From Thainema sp. (GTDB taxonomy: Bacteria; Cyanobacteriota; Cyanobacteriia; Phormidesmidales; Phormidesmidaceae), in NCBI GenBank assembly GCA_052168235.1, contig JBQLZK010000005.1:96001-160000 (forward strand): DNA of 64,000 nt, given 5' to 3'. Position 1 is the first letter of the stretch; each line of letters opens with the position of its first letter. Shown here piece by piece: positions 39,552 to 50,282 of this stretch. Made by a program: the position numbers and the translations under genes. Under the pieces are notes generated by a model that was given only the letters and a program-made list of their open reading frames with translations, ran no database searches and was not told the DNA's origin.

Positions 39552-40859
39552 TCAATTGAACATTCGGCTCAGCAGTACAGGGCAGTTGGCGTGGTGAATT
39601 ACATAGTCAGCCGTTGCCGTCAATCGCAGCAGCCGTCGTCGTCCAATTGGTGTAGACGGAGAGGATTTGCTACGTTTGGGGTTGGCATCGCTGCCGATGA
39701 TGATCAGATTAGCCTGACGCTGTTCCGCCACCTGGCAAATGAGCGAACCGGGTTCTCCCGTTTGTACCAGCATTTCCAGTTCCACATCCAGATCCGATAG
39801 TGCTAATTCGGCCTGCTGCAAAATGGCTTCGCTTTGTTCACGCTGAGCGGCTTGTAGGGATTGAGTTAATTGCCAGCTTGGATTCGGGGTGGCAAAGGGG
39901 CCGAAGAGATAGTGAGATGTCAGCGGCGGTTGAACACACAGTACCGTCAGTTGCTGAATGCCAATGGGGACAAGCTGACGGGTCAGCGCGATCGCACTTT
40001 GGGTAGATAGTTCTCCTGTAACCACTAGTAAGACATGCTGCCAGTTGGGTTGAGCGGGATGCTCCGGCTCCGCGCTGCGAGCAATCAGCACATGACTGCC
40101 TGCATAGCGAGCAATCTCTGCCGAAACGCTACCGACTAGCATTTCCCGCGCGCCGCCTGTGCCGTGACAACCCAGCGCAATCAGGCCCGCTTGAGACTGA
40201 CTGGCCTGTTTTAGAATCTCAGTGGCAGGTCGTCCTTGAGCAGCCACTAGGCTAGTGGAAACCTTATGGTTACTGCGCTCTAGTTCAGCCTGTAGAACCG
40301 CCAAAGCAGGCGGTAAGTCGGCAATCGCTGGCAGAGCACCCGTGGGAGGAGTATCAGTGGCATCCACTCCAGAGGATGCTTCAGTTGGCGGTGCAGGCTC
40401 AGCAGATTCAGGAGCAGATGCGGAAGATATCGTCTCGTCAGATGAGGCTTGAGCGGGAGTACTGCTGGATGCTGCCGAGAAAGTTGTGGTCGGTTCCGGT
40501 TCAAGTGAGGCGGCGGCGGTTTGACTCGCGGGCGGTTCTTCTAAGTTATCAGGTGTCGCTGACAATGACGTAGCTGGCGAGGTCATGGCAGACGGCTCAG
40601 GCGCTAGATCCTCTGAACTGCCCAGACTCCGCCCAGGGCGACGAAAGCGACTGGGTTTCGGCTGCACATGGACGGCAATGAAAGCGGGTTTGGCCTCTGG
40701 TTCGTTATCTAGTTCGGCATCTGGAGTTTGGGTGGGCGATCGCAAGGCTAAATGCTGCACAATCGGCATAACCAGTTGTTGCGCTAATACGGCTGTGGGC
40801 GAACCGTCTGTCGCTAGCAGGATTGGCAAATGCAAAATAGGTGAAAAGGGTTGATTCAT
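39552..40859 (-). CDS. Universal stress protein (tandem Usp domains) with a low-complexity insert
   Basis: ILLATDGS, GRPATEIL, LIALGCHG...LVGSVSAEIA, GEPGSLIC, ADYVIHHANCPVLL. Confidence 0.88.
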   Translation of the reverse strand: MNQPFSPILHLPILLATDGSPTAVLAQQLVMPIVQHLALRSPTQTPDAELDNEPEAKPAFIAVHVQPKPSRFRRPGRSLGSSEDLAPEPSAMTSPATSLSATPDNLEEPPASQTAAASLEPEPTTTFSAASSSTPAQASSDETISSASAPESAEPAPPTEASSGVDATDTPPTGALPAIADLPPALAVLQAELERSNHKVSTSLVAAQGRPATEILKQASQSQAGLIALGCHGTGGAREMLVGSVSAEIARYAGSHVLIARSAEPEHPAQPNWQHVLLVVTGELSTQSAIALTRQLVPIGIQQLTVLCVQPPLTSHYLFGPFATPNPSWQLTQSLQAAQREQSEAILQQAELALSDLDVELEMLVQTGEPGSLICQVAEQRQANLIIIGSDANPKRSKSSPSTPIGRRRLLRLTATADYVIHHANCPVLLSRMFN

Positions 40860-41127
40860 TGCGATCGCAGATAGCAGATGAGCAGATTAACGGGGCGTTT
40901 TGCCGAGTTCCAGTGTACAGCGATTTTCAATTGCCTCAAATTCAGCCACTTGAGCAGACTAAACTTTCTAGAACGAGGAAAAACGTTATCCCAAATCCAC
41001 CAGTGAGAGTTAAGTTGAATCTTTGTGAGTGTTTGTGAATCGCGATCGGCATTTGCGCTTCACAAACATGACTACATCAAAATATTTTTGATCGGTGGAT
41101 TGACAGCGCTATGCACATTGGTTCAGT

Positions 41128-41163
41128 ACGGTGATGTGGGGCGTGTATGCCCCACATCACCGT
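41128..41163. repeat. 15-bp perfect inverted repeat in a divergent intergenic region
   Basis: ACGGTGATGTGGGGC-gtgtat-GCCCCACATCACCGT followed by TTTT. Confidence 0.7.
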
Positions 41164-41335
41164 TTTTGTACTTAATGCGGTTGCAAACCGCTATATATTT
41201 GAATCTATTTCGGCCATATTTGAGCCATATTTCGGTTTGGCGACAGATTTTGCCCCTCTCGTTCCACGTTAAGATGGCAAACTGCGCTTGGGCTACGTTG
41301 ACCTCATCGCATCTCGGTGTACAAGGAGCAAATAC

Positions 41336-42523
41336 ATGCGGATTCTGGTGTTAGCTTGGGAGTTTCCCCCCCGGATTGTGGGCGGGATTTCTCGTCATGT
41401 CGCCGAACTGTATCCTGAACTGGTCAACTTGGGACATGAGGTGCATTTAATGACCGTTGAGTTTGGCACCGCTCCTCATTACGAAGTTGTGGATGGCATG
41501 CATGTGCATCGCGTGAAGGTAGGACCAAGCCACGACTTTTTTCACTGGGTCAACAACATGAACCAGAGCATGGGGCATCAGGGCGGCCAGCTTCTGCTCG
41601 ATCAAGGCCCGTTTGATGTGATTCATGCCCATGATTGGCTAGTGGGTGATGCTGCGATCGCACTTAAAGAGCATTTTAAAGTACCGCTCATTTCCACGAT
41701 TCACGCTACGGAATTTGGTCGCTACAATGGCCTGTTTGACCCGACGCATCACTACATTGCCAGTCGAGAAGGGATTTTAATTTACAACTCGTGGCGCGTG
41801 ATTGTCTGCACTGACTACATGCGACGAGAAGTGGAACGTGCTTTAGCTTGCCCCTGGGATAAGGTAGACGTGATCTACAACGGCATCCGACCGGAGAAGA
41901 AACACACGCCACCGGACTTTGATCACGCCGCTTTTCGAAGTAAATTCGCTGGAGCCGACGAAAAAATTGTCTACTATGTGGGGCGGATGGCCTACGAGAA
42001 AGGTGTCCATGTCTTGGTGGAAGCGGCTCCGAAAATTGTGTGGGCAATGGGCGGTCAGGTCAAGTTCGTCATTATTGGCGGCGGTAATACCGATCATCTG
42101 AAGCGCATGGCCTGGGATATGGGCCTCTGGCACAAGTTTTATTTCACGGGCTTTATGCCGGATGATGTTTTGGACAAGTTTCAGGTCGTGGCCGACTGCG
42201 CGGTGTTTCCTAGTCTGTATGAACCCTTTGGCATTGTGGCCTTAGAGAGTTTTGCCGCCCGCGTGCCTGTCGTCGTCTCTGACACGGGCGGTTTACCGGA
42301 AGTGGTACAGCACGGCAAAACGGGTACGATTACTTACACGCATAATCCGGATTCGCTGGCCTGGGGCATTCTCAAGGTGCTGAAAGATCCGGACTATGCC
42401 CAACATCTCGTGGCAAATGCCTACGCTGATTTGGATCAGCGCTTTAGCTGGCCGAAAATCGCCAAACAGACAGAATCGGTTTACAAACGGGTGGTAAAAG
42501 AGCGATTGCGATCAGATTGGTAA
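41336..42523 (+). CDS. Glycosyltransferase family 4
   Basis: MRILVLAWEFPPRIVGG, HAHDW, VGRMAYEKG, PSLYEPFGIVALE. Confidence 0.93.
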   Translation: MRILVLAWEFPPRIVGGISRHVAELYPELVNLGHEVHLMTVEFGTAPHYEVVDGMHVHRVKVGPSHDFFHWVNNMNQSMGHQGGQLLLDQGPFDVIHAHDWLVGDAAIALKEHFKVPLISTIHATEFGRYNGLFDPTHHYIASREGILIYNSWRVIVCTDYMRREVERALACPWDKVDVIYNGIRPEKKHTPPDFDHAAFRSKFAGADEKIVYYVGRMAYEKGVHVLVEAAPKIVWAMGGQVKFVIIGGGNTDHLKRMAWDMGLWHKFYFTGFMPDDVLDKFQVVADCAVFPSLYEPFGIVALESFAARVPVVVSDTGGLPEVVQHGKTGTITYTHNPDSLAWGILKVLKDPDYAQHLVANAYADLDQRFSWPKIAKQTESVYKRVVKERLRSDW

Positions 42524-42570
42524 ATCATTCGACAGATAAACCCCACATTTCGATTTTCAACCCATACCCC

Positions 42571-42641
42571 GTAGGGGCGATGCATTTGGCCGATACGTTT
42601 ATTTTTAGAAACGAAATGTCGCCCAAATGCATCGCCCCTAC
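42571..42641. repeat. GTAG-REP with long stem-loop
   Basis: GTAGGGGCGATGCATTTGG...CCAAATGCATCGCCCCTAC. Confidence 0.8.
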
Positions 42642-42697
42642 AGTTCTATCCTCTTTGCGTTTTAATGAGGGCAGATGCACACCGGGGGAGGTGAGCA

Positions 42698-45241
42698 ATG
42701 GAACATGCAGAACAGGTGCAGTGGCTACGAGAAAGCACCCTTTTTCAGTCGCTATCAGACGAAGCATTAGGTGCGATCGCACATTCTTACATCGAAGAAA
42801 CCATTCAGGAAAATCGGCGCTTAGTCTTGGAAGACACGCTGCCGGAAGCGCTGTATATCCTCAAAGCAGGCTATTTGGAGCAATATCGCACGACGAAAGA
42901 TACTCCAGCGCAGGTGATTAACTTGCTGCCCGGATCGGTACTGTATCTCAAAGAACTGGTGCTGGATCAGGCGGCGGAGCAAACAACAGTGACGCTGACG
43001 GACTGCACGTTTTGGAAAATTCCGCGTGATGCCGTTAAAGAATTGGCGGAACAGTATCCTGCGATCGCACAAATTGTCACTCGTCAACTAGCCCAAAAAT
43101 TAGATGAAGTCTCGGCGCAGCTTTCCTATGAGCAGGAGCGCCAAGCTGAGCTACGTCCATATCTGGTTCCCAAAGCGGATCGGGGCGTCGTAGGTTCTAG
43201 CCGCTACGCTAAACGGTTACGGCAGGAAATCAAGAAGGCTTCGGCTCAAGGGGAGGAACCGGGAAAGCACAACGTGCTGATTTTCGGTGAACCCGGTTTG
43301 AACAAAGATGTCCTAGCGGCGCTGATTCACTTTGGCTCGAAGCGGCGACGCGAACCGATGATCAAGCTTAACTGCGAAACGCTACAGGCCAGCGGAGCTG
43401 AACTGTTCGGTCGCGCAGGCGGCAAACCGGGGCTGATTGAATGGTTAGGTGACGGGACGCTGTTGCTCAACAATATTCAGGAAGTGCCAAAGGAGCTGCG
43501 GCCCAAGCTGCTTAACCTGTTGGAAACCGGAACCTATCAGCCTGTTGCTCGCCCCGACAGTCCACCGCCGTCAACCAAAACCTGTCAAGCCCGTATCCTG
43601 ATGACGGCTGAGCGGATTTTGCCGGATTTTGACTGCAAATCACGGGTTGAGCAAACAATTAAAGTGCCACCGCTGCGGGTTCGAAAGGCCGATATTGCCA
43701 CCCAAGCGCAGTATTACCTCAGTCTGTTTTGCCGCACCAAAAGCATTGCAAAACCCCGGATTACCCCCGAAGCGATTCGTCGTCTGCAAAGCTACGATTT
43801 TCCCGGTAATTCGTCTGAGCTAAAAAGCCTGATCGAGCGGGCAGTGATCCAGGCCGATGGCGCGACGGAGCTGACCGAAGAAGTCTTTTGGTCAACCAGT
43901 CCCAAGGGCCGCCGCTTTCGGTTCAATCTGCTCAATGGCTATCCTAAACTGCGCCAGTTCTTACGCAGCCCTTGGTGGCCGGATCGGATTAACTACTGGT
44001 TTGTCACAGTAGCGTTTGCGCTAGTCGTTGTCATTTTGTTTCTGGGGCCGCAGACCCGCGAGGCCAATATTGGCCTAAACCTGTTCTGGGCCTGGTGGTG
44101 GCCCGTGATGCTGCTGATTTTTCCTTTTCTAGGTCGGATTTGGTGCTCGGTTTGCCCATTCATGGTCTACGGCGAAATTGCCCAGAAGGTATCGCTCAAA
44201 TTCTGGCCGCGTCGGCTCAAACCCTGGCCGCGTCAGGATGCCGATCGCTGGGGCGCATGGTTCCTGGTTAGCCTCTTTGCGCTGATTTTTCTGTGGGAAG
44301 AACTGTGGAATTTGGAGAATACCGCTTACCTGTCGGCTTGCTTACTCTTGCTGATCACTGCCGGAGCCGTTATTTTCTCGCTGCTGTTTGAGCGGCGGTT
44401 TTGGTGTCGCTATCTCTGTCCTATCGGCGGCATGAATGGCCTCTACGCCAAGCTGTCGATGACTGAGCTGCGGGCACAACAGGGCATTTGCTCCGCTTCC
44501 TGCACAACTTATCAGTGCTACAAAGGTGGCTCCGAAAAAGGCGAGGGTCAGGCCACTGGCGGCTGTCCCATCTACTCCCATCCAGCGCAACTGGTGGAAA
44601 ATAAGGACTGCGTTCTCTGTATGACTTGCCTGAAAGCCTGTCCCCATCGGTCAGTGGAACTGAACCTGCGGCCACCAGGGATTGAGCTGTGGACAACCCA
44701 CAAGCCCACCTATGCCGAAGTGGCGCTGCTGTTTTTACTCTTTGGCGGCATCTTTTTGCATCGCCTGCCCGAAATTGAGCAGCAGTTTGGCTGGAACCTG
44801 CATTTGCAGAACTTTGCGGCTCACGCTGGGGTTTCCCTAGCCGTTTTGTTTGTCCCGGTCGCAGTTGCCCTACTGGCCTACGGCCTCATGCGCGGTGTCC
44901 AATCCAGGCCCAAACCGTTTATTGAACTCGCCTACGGCTACTTGCCGCTGGTGCTCTGCGGTACGCTAGCACATTACTTACGCTTAGGCTTATCCGAAGC
45001 TGGCCGAGTTGTTCCGGTCACCCTCGCGACGTTTGGGCTTAATGGAGTGGGAATGCCAATTGCGATCGCAGATCCAATTATCATCGCCTTTCTGCAAGGC
45101 GTAGTACTGATCCTCGGCGTTTGGCTCACCATCTTTCTCAGCCAGAAAATTGCCCGTCAATCATTCTGGCTGATACTGCCTCAGCACCTAGCTGCGATCG
45201 CGCTCGGCACAACTCTCTGGAAAATCATCGTCGGCTGGTAA
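42698..45241 (+). CDS. Fusion of cNMP-binding domain, sigma54-activator-like AAA+ domain and membrane 4Fe-4S (NapH/RdxA-like) domain
   Basis: N-terminal CRP-like domain; IFGEPGLNK, PPLRVRKADI, YDFPGN; GRIWCSVCP, RFWCRYLCP, CVLCMTCLKACP; many TM helices. Confidence 0.87.
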   Translation: MEHAEQVQWLRESTLFQSLSDEALGAIAHSYIEETIQENRRLVLEDTLPEALYILKAGYLEQYRTTKDTPAQVINLLPGSVLYLKELVLDQAAEQTTVTLTDCTFWKIPRDAVKELAEQYPAIAQIVTRQLAQKLDEVSAQLSYEQERQAELRPYLVPKADRGVVGSSRYAKRLRQEIKKASAQGEEPGKHNVLIFGEPGLNKDVLAALIHFGSKRRREPMIKLNCETLQASGAELFGRAGGKPGLIEWLGDGTLLLNNIQEVPKELRPKLLNLLETGTYQPVARPDSPPPSTKTCQARILMTAERILPDFDCKSRVEQTIKVPPLRVRKADIATQAQYYLSLFCRTKSIAKPRITPEAIRRLQSYDFPGNSSELKSLIERAVIQADGATELTEEVFWSTSPKGRRFRFNLLNGYPKLRQFLRSPWWPDRINYWFVTVAFALVVVILFLGPQTREANIGLNLFWAWWWPVMLLIFPFLGRIWCSVCPFMVYGEIAQKVSLKFWPRRLKPWPRQDADRWGAWFLVSLFALIFLWEELWNLENTAYLSACLLLLITAGAVIFSLLFERRFWCRYLCPIGGMNGLYAKLSMTELRAQQGICSASCTTYQCYKGGSEKGEGQATGGCPIYSHPAQLVENKDCVLCMTCLKACPHRSVELNLRPPGIELWTTHKPTYAEVALLFLLFGGIFLHRLPEIEQQFGWNLHLQNFAAHAGVSLAVLFVPVAVALLAYGLMRGVQSRPKPFIELAYGYLPLVLCGTLAHYLRLGLSEAGRVVPVTLATFGLNGVGMPIAIADPIIIAFLQGVVLILGVWLTIFLSQKIARQSFWLILPQHLAAIALGTTLWKIIVGW

Positions 45242-45267
45242 ACCCACATTTTGTACCAAAACCCGAA

Positions 45268-45308
45268 GAGAGCATTTTGCCGCCGCAATGCGGCGGCAAA
45301 ATGCTCTC
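45268..45308. repeat. 19-bp perfect palindrome with triloop
   Basis: GAGAGCATTTTGCCGCCGC-aat-GCGGCGGCAAAATGCTCTC. Confidence 0.9.
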
Positions 45309-45428
45309 CTGGGTTCTTAATTTGCAAAGTGCGCGATGTTAGTAAAACGAGCGTTATGAAGTGCTGAGTGCTGAGTAACTGCAATACGCCTTACTCCTCA
45401 CGCTTCTCGCCTCCCTTTCTAAGCCAAC

Positions 45429-45453
45429 AAAAAAGGACTGGCAGCGCCAGCCC
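45429..45453 (-). terminator. Intrinsic terminator of the 45508-45900 gene
   Basis: Minus strand GGGCTGGC-gct-GCCAGTCC-TTTTTT. Confidence 0.7.
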
Positions 45454-45507
45454 AGAAGTTAGGGGATTGAAAGGAGACTTGAGTTGTTTAGGAGCATCAA
45501 GCAGATA

Positions 45508-45900
45508 TTAGATAATGCCAGTGCCTTTGCCGCGTTCATCATGGCCCATCGTCAATTCACCGTCTTTATCGGTGTCGTTAACTTCTTCCAGTTCTTGCGC
45601 TCGCCGAGCTTCGTCCTCCTGCTCTTCCTGGCGTAGATCACCGGGTTCATTGACATACATTTCCGGCTCAATCGCAAAGTTATCAATCAAGCCTTCTTTG
45701 TCCGTCGTGTAGCCATCGGTGGTATGAACGCTGTCATCATCGGCAGCGGGTTTATCGCCTTCGTTGGGAATATGTTTGTAATTTTGCCCTTCTCGCTCTC
45801 GTCGCGCAGCCGTTTCGGCTGGAGTAATATGGGGATCGTAATTTTCTTGTTGACGAGGCGTCGTACCTGCAGCTTTATCGGGTGTTTGGGCGTTAGACAT
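45508..45900 (-). CDS. Acidic hydrophilic hypothetical protein
   Basis: AAGGAG ribosome-binding site, own terminator; motifs PAETAAR, GYTTDKEGLIDNFAIEPEMY. Confidence 0.85.
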   Translation of the reverse strand: MSNAQTPDKAAGTTPRQQENYDPHITPAETAARREREGQNYKHIPNEGDKPAADDDSVHTTDGYTTDKEGLIDNFAIEPEMYVNEPGDLRQEEQEDEARRAQELEEVNDTDKDGELTMGHDERGKGTGII

Positions 45901-46709
45901 GTATGAAACTCCTTTGGATGTTTCGTGAATTTGTTAAACAGTTGGTGGTGTCTCGGTAATGTTTTTTGCTATGCAAGCTCAGCCTGTACAACGAAATCAT
46001 TACCGATTAGAAACCACTAAAAAGGGAGAAATAAAAGCCATTGCAAAAAATCAGCATAAGCAGTTAGGAAAAATAACTGTATGTGAGACGCAACGTATTA
46101 AATGAGCTTTTGAAAACCAAAAGTTATTGCTTATTTCATCTTCAACAATAGGTTCTTCTACCCAAGCCATGAATCCGTGCAGCGGTAGATCCTGCCCTCT
46201 ATCCTCGGATCAGATAAATTTAGATGTCTCTATGCCTAAAGACCAGTGCGATCGCACTATCCCATCATCCGATCTGATAGCAAAAAACCGAATACATTAA
46301 GGATTACAGGGATTAACTCAGTACAGGCTGTTGCGGAAAGGTCAACCCTTACCGTTTGCTCTGTATCCGTCCAATCTGTAGTCCTTCGGGCTGTTGAACT
46401 GCCCGTATCGGCAGCTCTCAGCAGTGGTGTCATGAGCCAATGTGCTTGAATAGGGTTATCGCCAAAGGTTGCTCCTTTACCATAGAAAGACGGGCTGTGC
46501 TTATCGCCAATGTGTGCGATCGCAATCTTTTGGGCAAACTCCAGCCCATTTGGTAACAAATCATTCAACTTTCAGGGGTTGCTTCTTGGCACTCTAGCGA
46601 GTGTCACCAACCGCTTAAGAAATCGTCATCGCAAAAAAATTGTCCTTGCCAAAAATGCTAAAGTTGACGAAATTTCTGCCTTCCTATCTATTGCCAGTTT
46701 GAATACCAC

Positions 46710-48731
46710 ATGAATGACACTATCCTCGACGTTCGCCATCTCACGGTTGACTTCCAGACTGATGAACGCCTGGTTCGGGCGGTCGATGATGTTTCATTTC
46801 AGGTTAAACGGGGACAAACCGTTGGCATCGTAGGCGAATCCGGTTCAGGCAAATCGGTCACGTCTCTGGCGGTAATGGGGCTGGTGCCAAATCCACCGGG
46901 ACGAGTAACGAGTGGCGAAATCTGGTTCAAAGGGCTGGAAGCCGAGGGCAATGCCATCGATCTGCTGAAGCTGCCGTCTGAAGATATGCAAAAGTTTCGC
47001 GGCGGTCAGATCTCCATGATTTTTCAGGAACCGATGAGTTCGCTGAATCCGGTCTATACCTGTGGTTATCAGCTCGCTGAGGCGATTCAACTGCATCAGG
47101 ATGTAGGCAAATCGGAAGCTCGCCGCAAAGCGATCGCACTTTTACAAGAGGTGCAGTTAATCCAATCCGACGATGAGCTGTGGAAGCAGCACTTGATTGA
47201 GCGGAACTTAGTCAACATTGCCGATGTGGATGAAAGTTTCAGTGCTGAACCGACTGCGCCAGTGGATCCGTTCGAAACTTCCGTACAAGTTGTCGAATCC
47301 GATCGCTTACAAGTCGCAATTGATCGGTTAAGCGATCGCGATCGTACCGAAATCCAGCAAGAAATTAATCGCTACAAGCAATCGTTTCTAGATCGCTATC
47401 CCCATGAGCTATCGGGGGGACAAATTCAGCGGGTGATGATCGCCATGTCGATCTCCTGCAATCCCTCGCTGCTGATTGCCGATGAGCCGACCACGGCGCT
47501 GGATGTGACCGTGCAGGCCCGCATTTTGGACTTGATGCGAGAATTGCGCGATCGCAGAGGCATGTCCCTCATGTTCATCACTCACGACCTCAGTATTGTG
47601 GCCGAAATTGCTGACATGGTGGTGGTGATGTACCAGGGTAAAATCGTCGAGTACGGCACCGTTTGGGATATCTTCTCCAACCCTCAGCACCCCTATACCA
47701 AAGGGCTACTGGCCTGCCGCCCTCAGCCGGATAAGCGCTTGCGCTATCTGCCCACCATTGCCGACTTTATGGAAGAGGTGGAAACGCCCACGGGGAAAAT
47801 CCAAATCCAAGAGCGCCAAATCTCGGTAGCCGAGGCGGAAAAACTCAACGATCCGATTTCCGAAGCCGAAACGCGCCAGCGTCTAGAAGAACTCAAAAAG
47901 CGCGAACCGCTGGTGCGAGTGGAAGATTTCAAAGTAGCCTTCCCCGTACGTGGCTTGTTTGGGCAGGCCAAGCGCCACATCATGGCCGTCGATGGCGTGT
48001 CGTTCCAGGTAAATCGCGGTGAGACGCTGGGACTGGTGGGCGAATCCGGCTGCGGCAAAACTACGCTGTCTCGCGCCTTACTAAAGCTGGTGCGACCGTC
48101 CGGTGGCCGAGTCTGGTTTGAAGGACGAGAAGTCACCAACGTCAGCGGACGGGCGCTGCGGCAACTGCGGCGCGATATGCAAATCATTTTCCAAGATCCA
48201 TTTAGCTCTCTCGATCCGCGCATGACCGTTGGTGCAGCCATCATGGAGCCACTGCGGATTCACGGTGTCGGTAAAAGCAAGCGCAACCGTAAAGAACGCA
48301 CCGCTTATTTACTGGAGCGGGTCGGGCTAAACCCAAACTGCATGAATCGCTACCCCCACGAGTTTTCCGGCGGTCAGCGGCAGCGAATTTGTGTGGCGCG
48401 AGCCTTGGCGCTCAATCCCAAATTTATTATCTGCGACGAATCCGTATCAGCTCTAGACGTATCAGTGCAGGCCCAGGTACTCAACTTGCTGAAAGAACTC
48501 CAGCAGGAGTTTGACCTCACCTATATCTTCATCTCTCACGATCTGAGCGTCGTCGAATTCATGAGCGATCGCATTATGGTGATGAACGATGGCAAGATTG
48601 AGGAAACTGGCCCCGCAGGCGAGATTTACTATCATCCCAGCCAGCCCTATACGCAACGGCTGATTGCCTCCATTCCAGTCGGCAGTTTAGAGCGCATCAA
48701 AGAACAGCAGATGGGCCGCATGGTGAGCTAA
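46710..48731 (+). CDS. Peptide/nickel ABC transporter ATP-binding protein with two fused NBDs
   Basis: GESGSGKS and [17 protein letters not shown] and [17 protein letters not shown]. Confidence 0.93.
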   Translation: MNDTILDVRHLTVDFQTDERLVRAVDDVSFQVKRGQTVGIVGESGSGKSVTSLAVMGLVPNPPGRVTSGEIWFKGLEAEGNAIDLLKLPSEDMQKFRGGQISMIFQEPMSSLNPVYTCGYQLAEAIQLHQDVGKSEARRKAIALLQEVQLIQSDDELWKQHLIERNLVNIADVDESFSAEPTAPVDPFETSVQVVESDRLQVAIDRLSDRDRTEIQQEINRYKQSFLDRYPHELSGGQIQRVMIAMSISCNPSLLIADEPTTALDVTVQARILDLMRELRDRRGMSLMFITHDLSIVAEIADMVVVMYQGKIVEYGTVWDIFSNPQHPYTKGLLACRPQPDKRLRYLPTIADFMEEVETPTGKIQIQERQISVAEAEKLNDPISEAETRQRLEELKKREPLVRVEDFKVAFPVRGLFGQAKRHIMAVDGVSFQVNRGETLGLVGESGCGKTTLSRALLKLVRPSGGRVWFEGREVTNVSGRALRQLRRDMQIIFQDPFSSLDPRMTVGAAIMEPLRIHGVGKSKRNRKERTAYLLERVGLNPNCMNRYPHEFSGGQRQRICVARALALNPKFIICDESVSALDVSVQAQVLNLLKELQQEFDLTYIFISHDLSVVEFMSDRIMVMNDGKIEETGPAGEIYYHPSQPYTQRLIASIPVGSLERIKEQQMGRMVS

Positions 48732-48774
48732 TCGAAGTATGTGCTGCCGCGACGCGGCAGCACATACTTCGATT
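48730..48774. repeat. 21-bp perfect palindrome with triloop
   Basis: AATCGAAGTATGTGCTGCCGC-gac-GCGGCAGCACATACTTCGATT. Confidence 0.9.
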
Positions 48775-48902
48775 TTGGGTTTAAGTAGACTGGAGATACC
48801 GCAGGACGATAAGCCCTTCGACCTCCTTTACGATTGGTGCCAGTCCGATTTTGACGCTTTTACCCGACTGACTCTACAGCTCAATTGGCTCTGGCAAGAC
48901 AG

Positions 48903-49361
48903 CTAGCGAATAAAACGATCGAGCGCTGCTTTCAGTTCTTCGATTTCCGCTTCGATATTTCCTTCAGCGGCAGCGCGACCAATACACTCAGAGAGGTGCT
49001 CGTCGAGAATGATTCGCGCCACCCGATCGAGGGCACCGCGCACTGCCGCAATCTGCACCAAGATATCCGGGCAAGGACGACTTTCTTGCACCATTGTCTT
49101 AATGCCGCGAATATGTCCTTCTACGCGCGATAGGCGATTGACGATTTGCCGCAGCGATTCCTCGCTGTGAACATGGGGATGGGTATGGGAATGATGACCA
49201 GTCTCATCCTGCCCAGAGTCAGCATGGATGTGATCAGCAGAGACTGTGCGTTCTTGCCGATCTATAGATTTTGTAGATTTTATGGATTTAGATTTAGCTG
49301 AGGATGCACCACTCCGAGTGGAGGCGATGCGCTCAGATTCGGACGATTTTGAGGTGGTCAT
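48903..49361 (-). CDS. CsoR/RcnR family metal-sensing repressor (InrS-like)
   Basis: His-rich HHSHTHPHVH, NRLSRVEGH, RPCPDILVQIAAVRGAL, HLSEC. Confidence 0.9.
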   Translation of the reverse strand: MTTSKSSESERIASTRSGASSAKSKSIKSTKSIDRQERTVSADHIHADSGQDETGHHSHTHPHVHSEESLRQIVNRLSRVEGHIRGIKTMVQESRPCPDILVQIAAVRGALDRVARIILDEHLSECIGRAAAEGNIEAEIEELKAALDRFIR

Positions 49362-49408
49362 AGAAGGCAGAAAGAGGGTAGGAAAGAATCGGCAGGCCAG
49401 ATGGGGTG

Positions 49409-49897
49409 CTAGTTGCGCTGGATCTCGTAAGCGGTTTCAGGAATTTCGCCCGTAAAGCCAGAGAGTTCTGCCAGTTCTCCGAGCGACTTCACCCCTGGCG
49501 AGAGCTGACCGTTAACTTCCCAGGTGGGATAGCCCTGAATATTCTTGGCTTGACACAACTCGGGCTGAGCATTTTCGCCTTCTGGGTCGCACTCGACGTA
49601 GGGAATTGCATCAACGGCATTGCCAAACTGCGCCTTCTGAGTTTGGCAGTGGGGGCACCAAAATGCACCGTACATTTGGGCTCCGCTTTCGCTGAGATGG
49701 GTCGCCAACTGCATGGGGAATGAATCACCACCAGCTGTTGAGGAGCCGCTAGCGGAACAACTAGCGACTAACCCAATGGCAAAGCCAAGGCTCAAGCCCA
49801 AAAAGCGCCGCCGCGTTTGGCTTTGCCGTCTCGCAGAGAATCGCACATTCAATCCCAGTCGCGAGGGTTGATTGGGGGGTAGTGGGTTCATCTTCAT
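49409..49897 (-). CDS. Thioredoxin-like lipoprotein (similar to the Trx domain of VKOR fusions)
   Basis: RRRFL, hydrophobic stretch and LVASC; MYGAFWCPHC, YVEC, ELC, GYPTW; start uncertain. Confidence 0.8.
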   Translation of the reverse strand: MKMNPLPPNQPSRLGLNVRFSARRQSQTRRRFLGLSLGFAIGLVASCSASGSSTAGGDSFPMQLATHLSESGAQMYGAFWCPHCQTQKAQFGNAVDAIPYVECDPEGENAQPELCQAKNIQGYPTWEVNGQLSPGVKSLGELAELSGFTGEIPETAYEIQRN

Positions 49898-50282
49898 CAG
49901 AACGTAGTTGGGCGTAATTGGGCGTAGTTGGACATCGACCAATGGCGGCAACAATGGCGGAAATCCGAATTGGACGGGTTGCCCATTGATTTGCTATCCA
50001 AGTCAATATGTTTATATCTTGCACCTTGTTATACCCAAGACTGCTACTTTACCGCCGCGTTGCAGCGGCAGAGCGGCCCTCCTGGGTTTTAGGGCAAGAT
50101 GTGAGTAGGAAGTGAATAAGTAAGCTACACATATGACCTAAGAAGCCGGGGGAGCGCCCCGGAGGAGAACTCCCCCGGTTTCTTAGATGCGTTTATTTAT
50201 GCAACCTACTTAGGTTCACTTGCATTTCTTTCTTAGACTATCGTACTGAATAGTCTCGGGTTCTTACTGAATCGCAACTGAG

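Noticed and set aside
46257..46568. 103-aa minus-strand ORF
   Set aside because: TTG start, no ribosome-binding site or recognisable motif; cannot be supported
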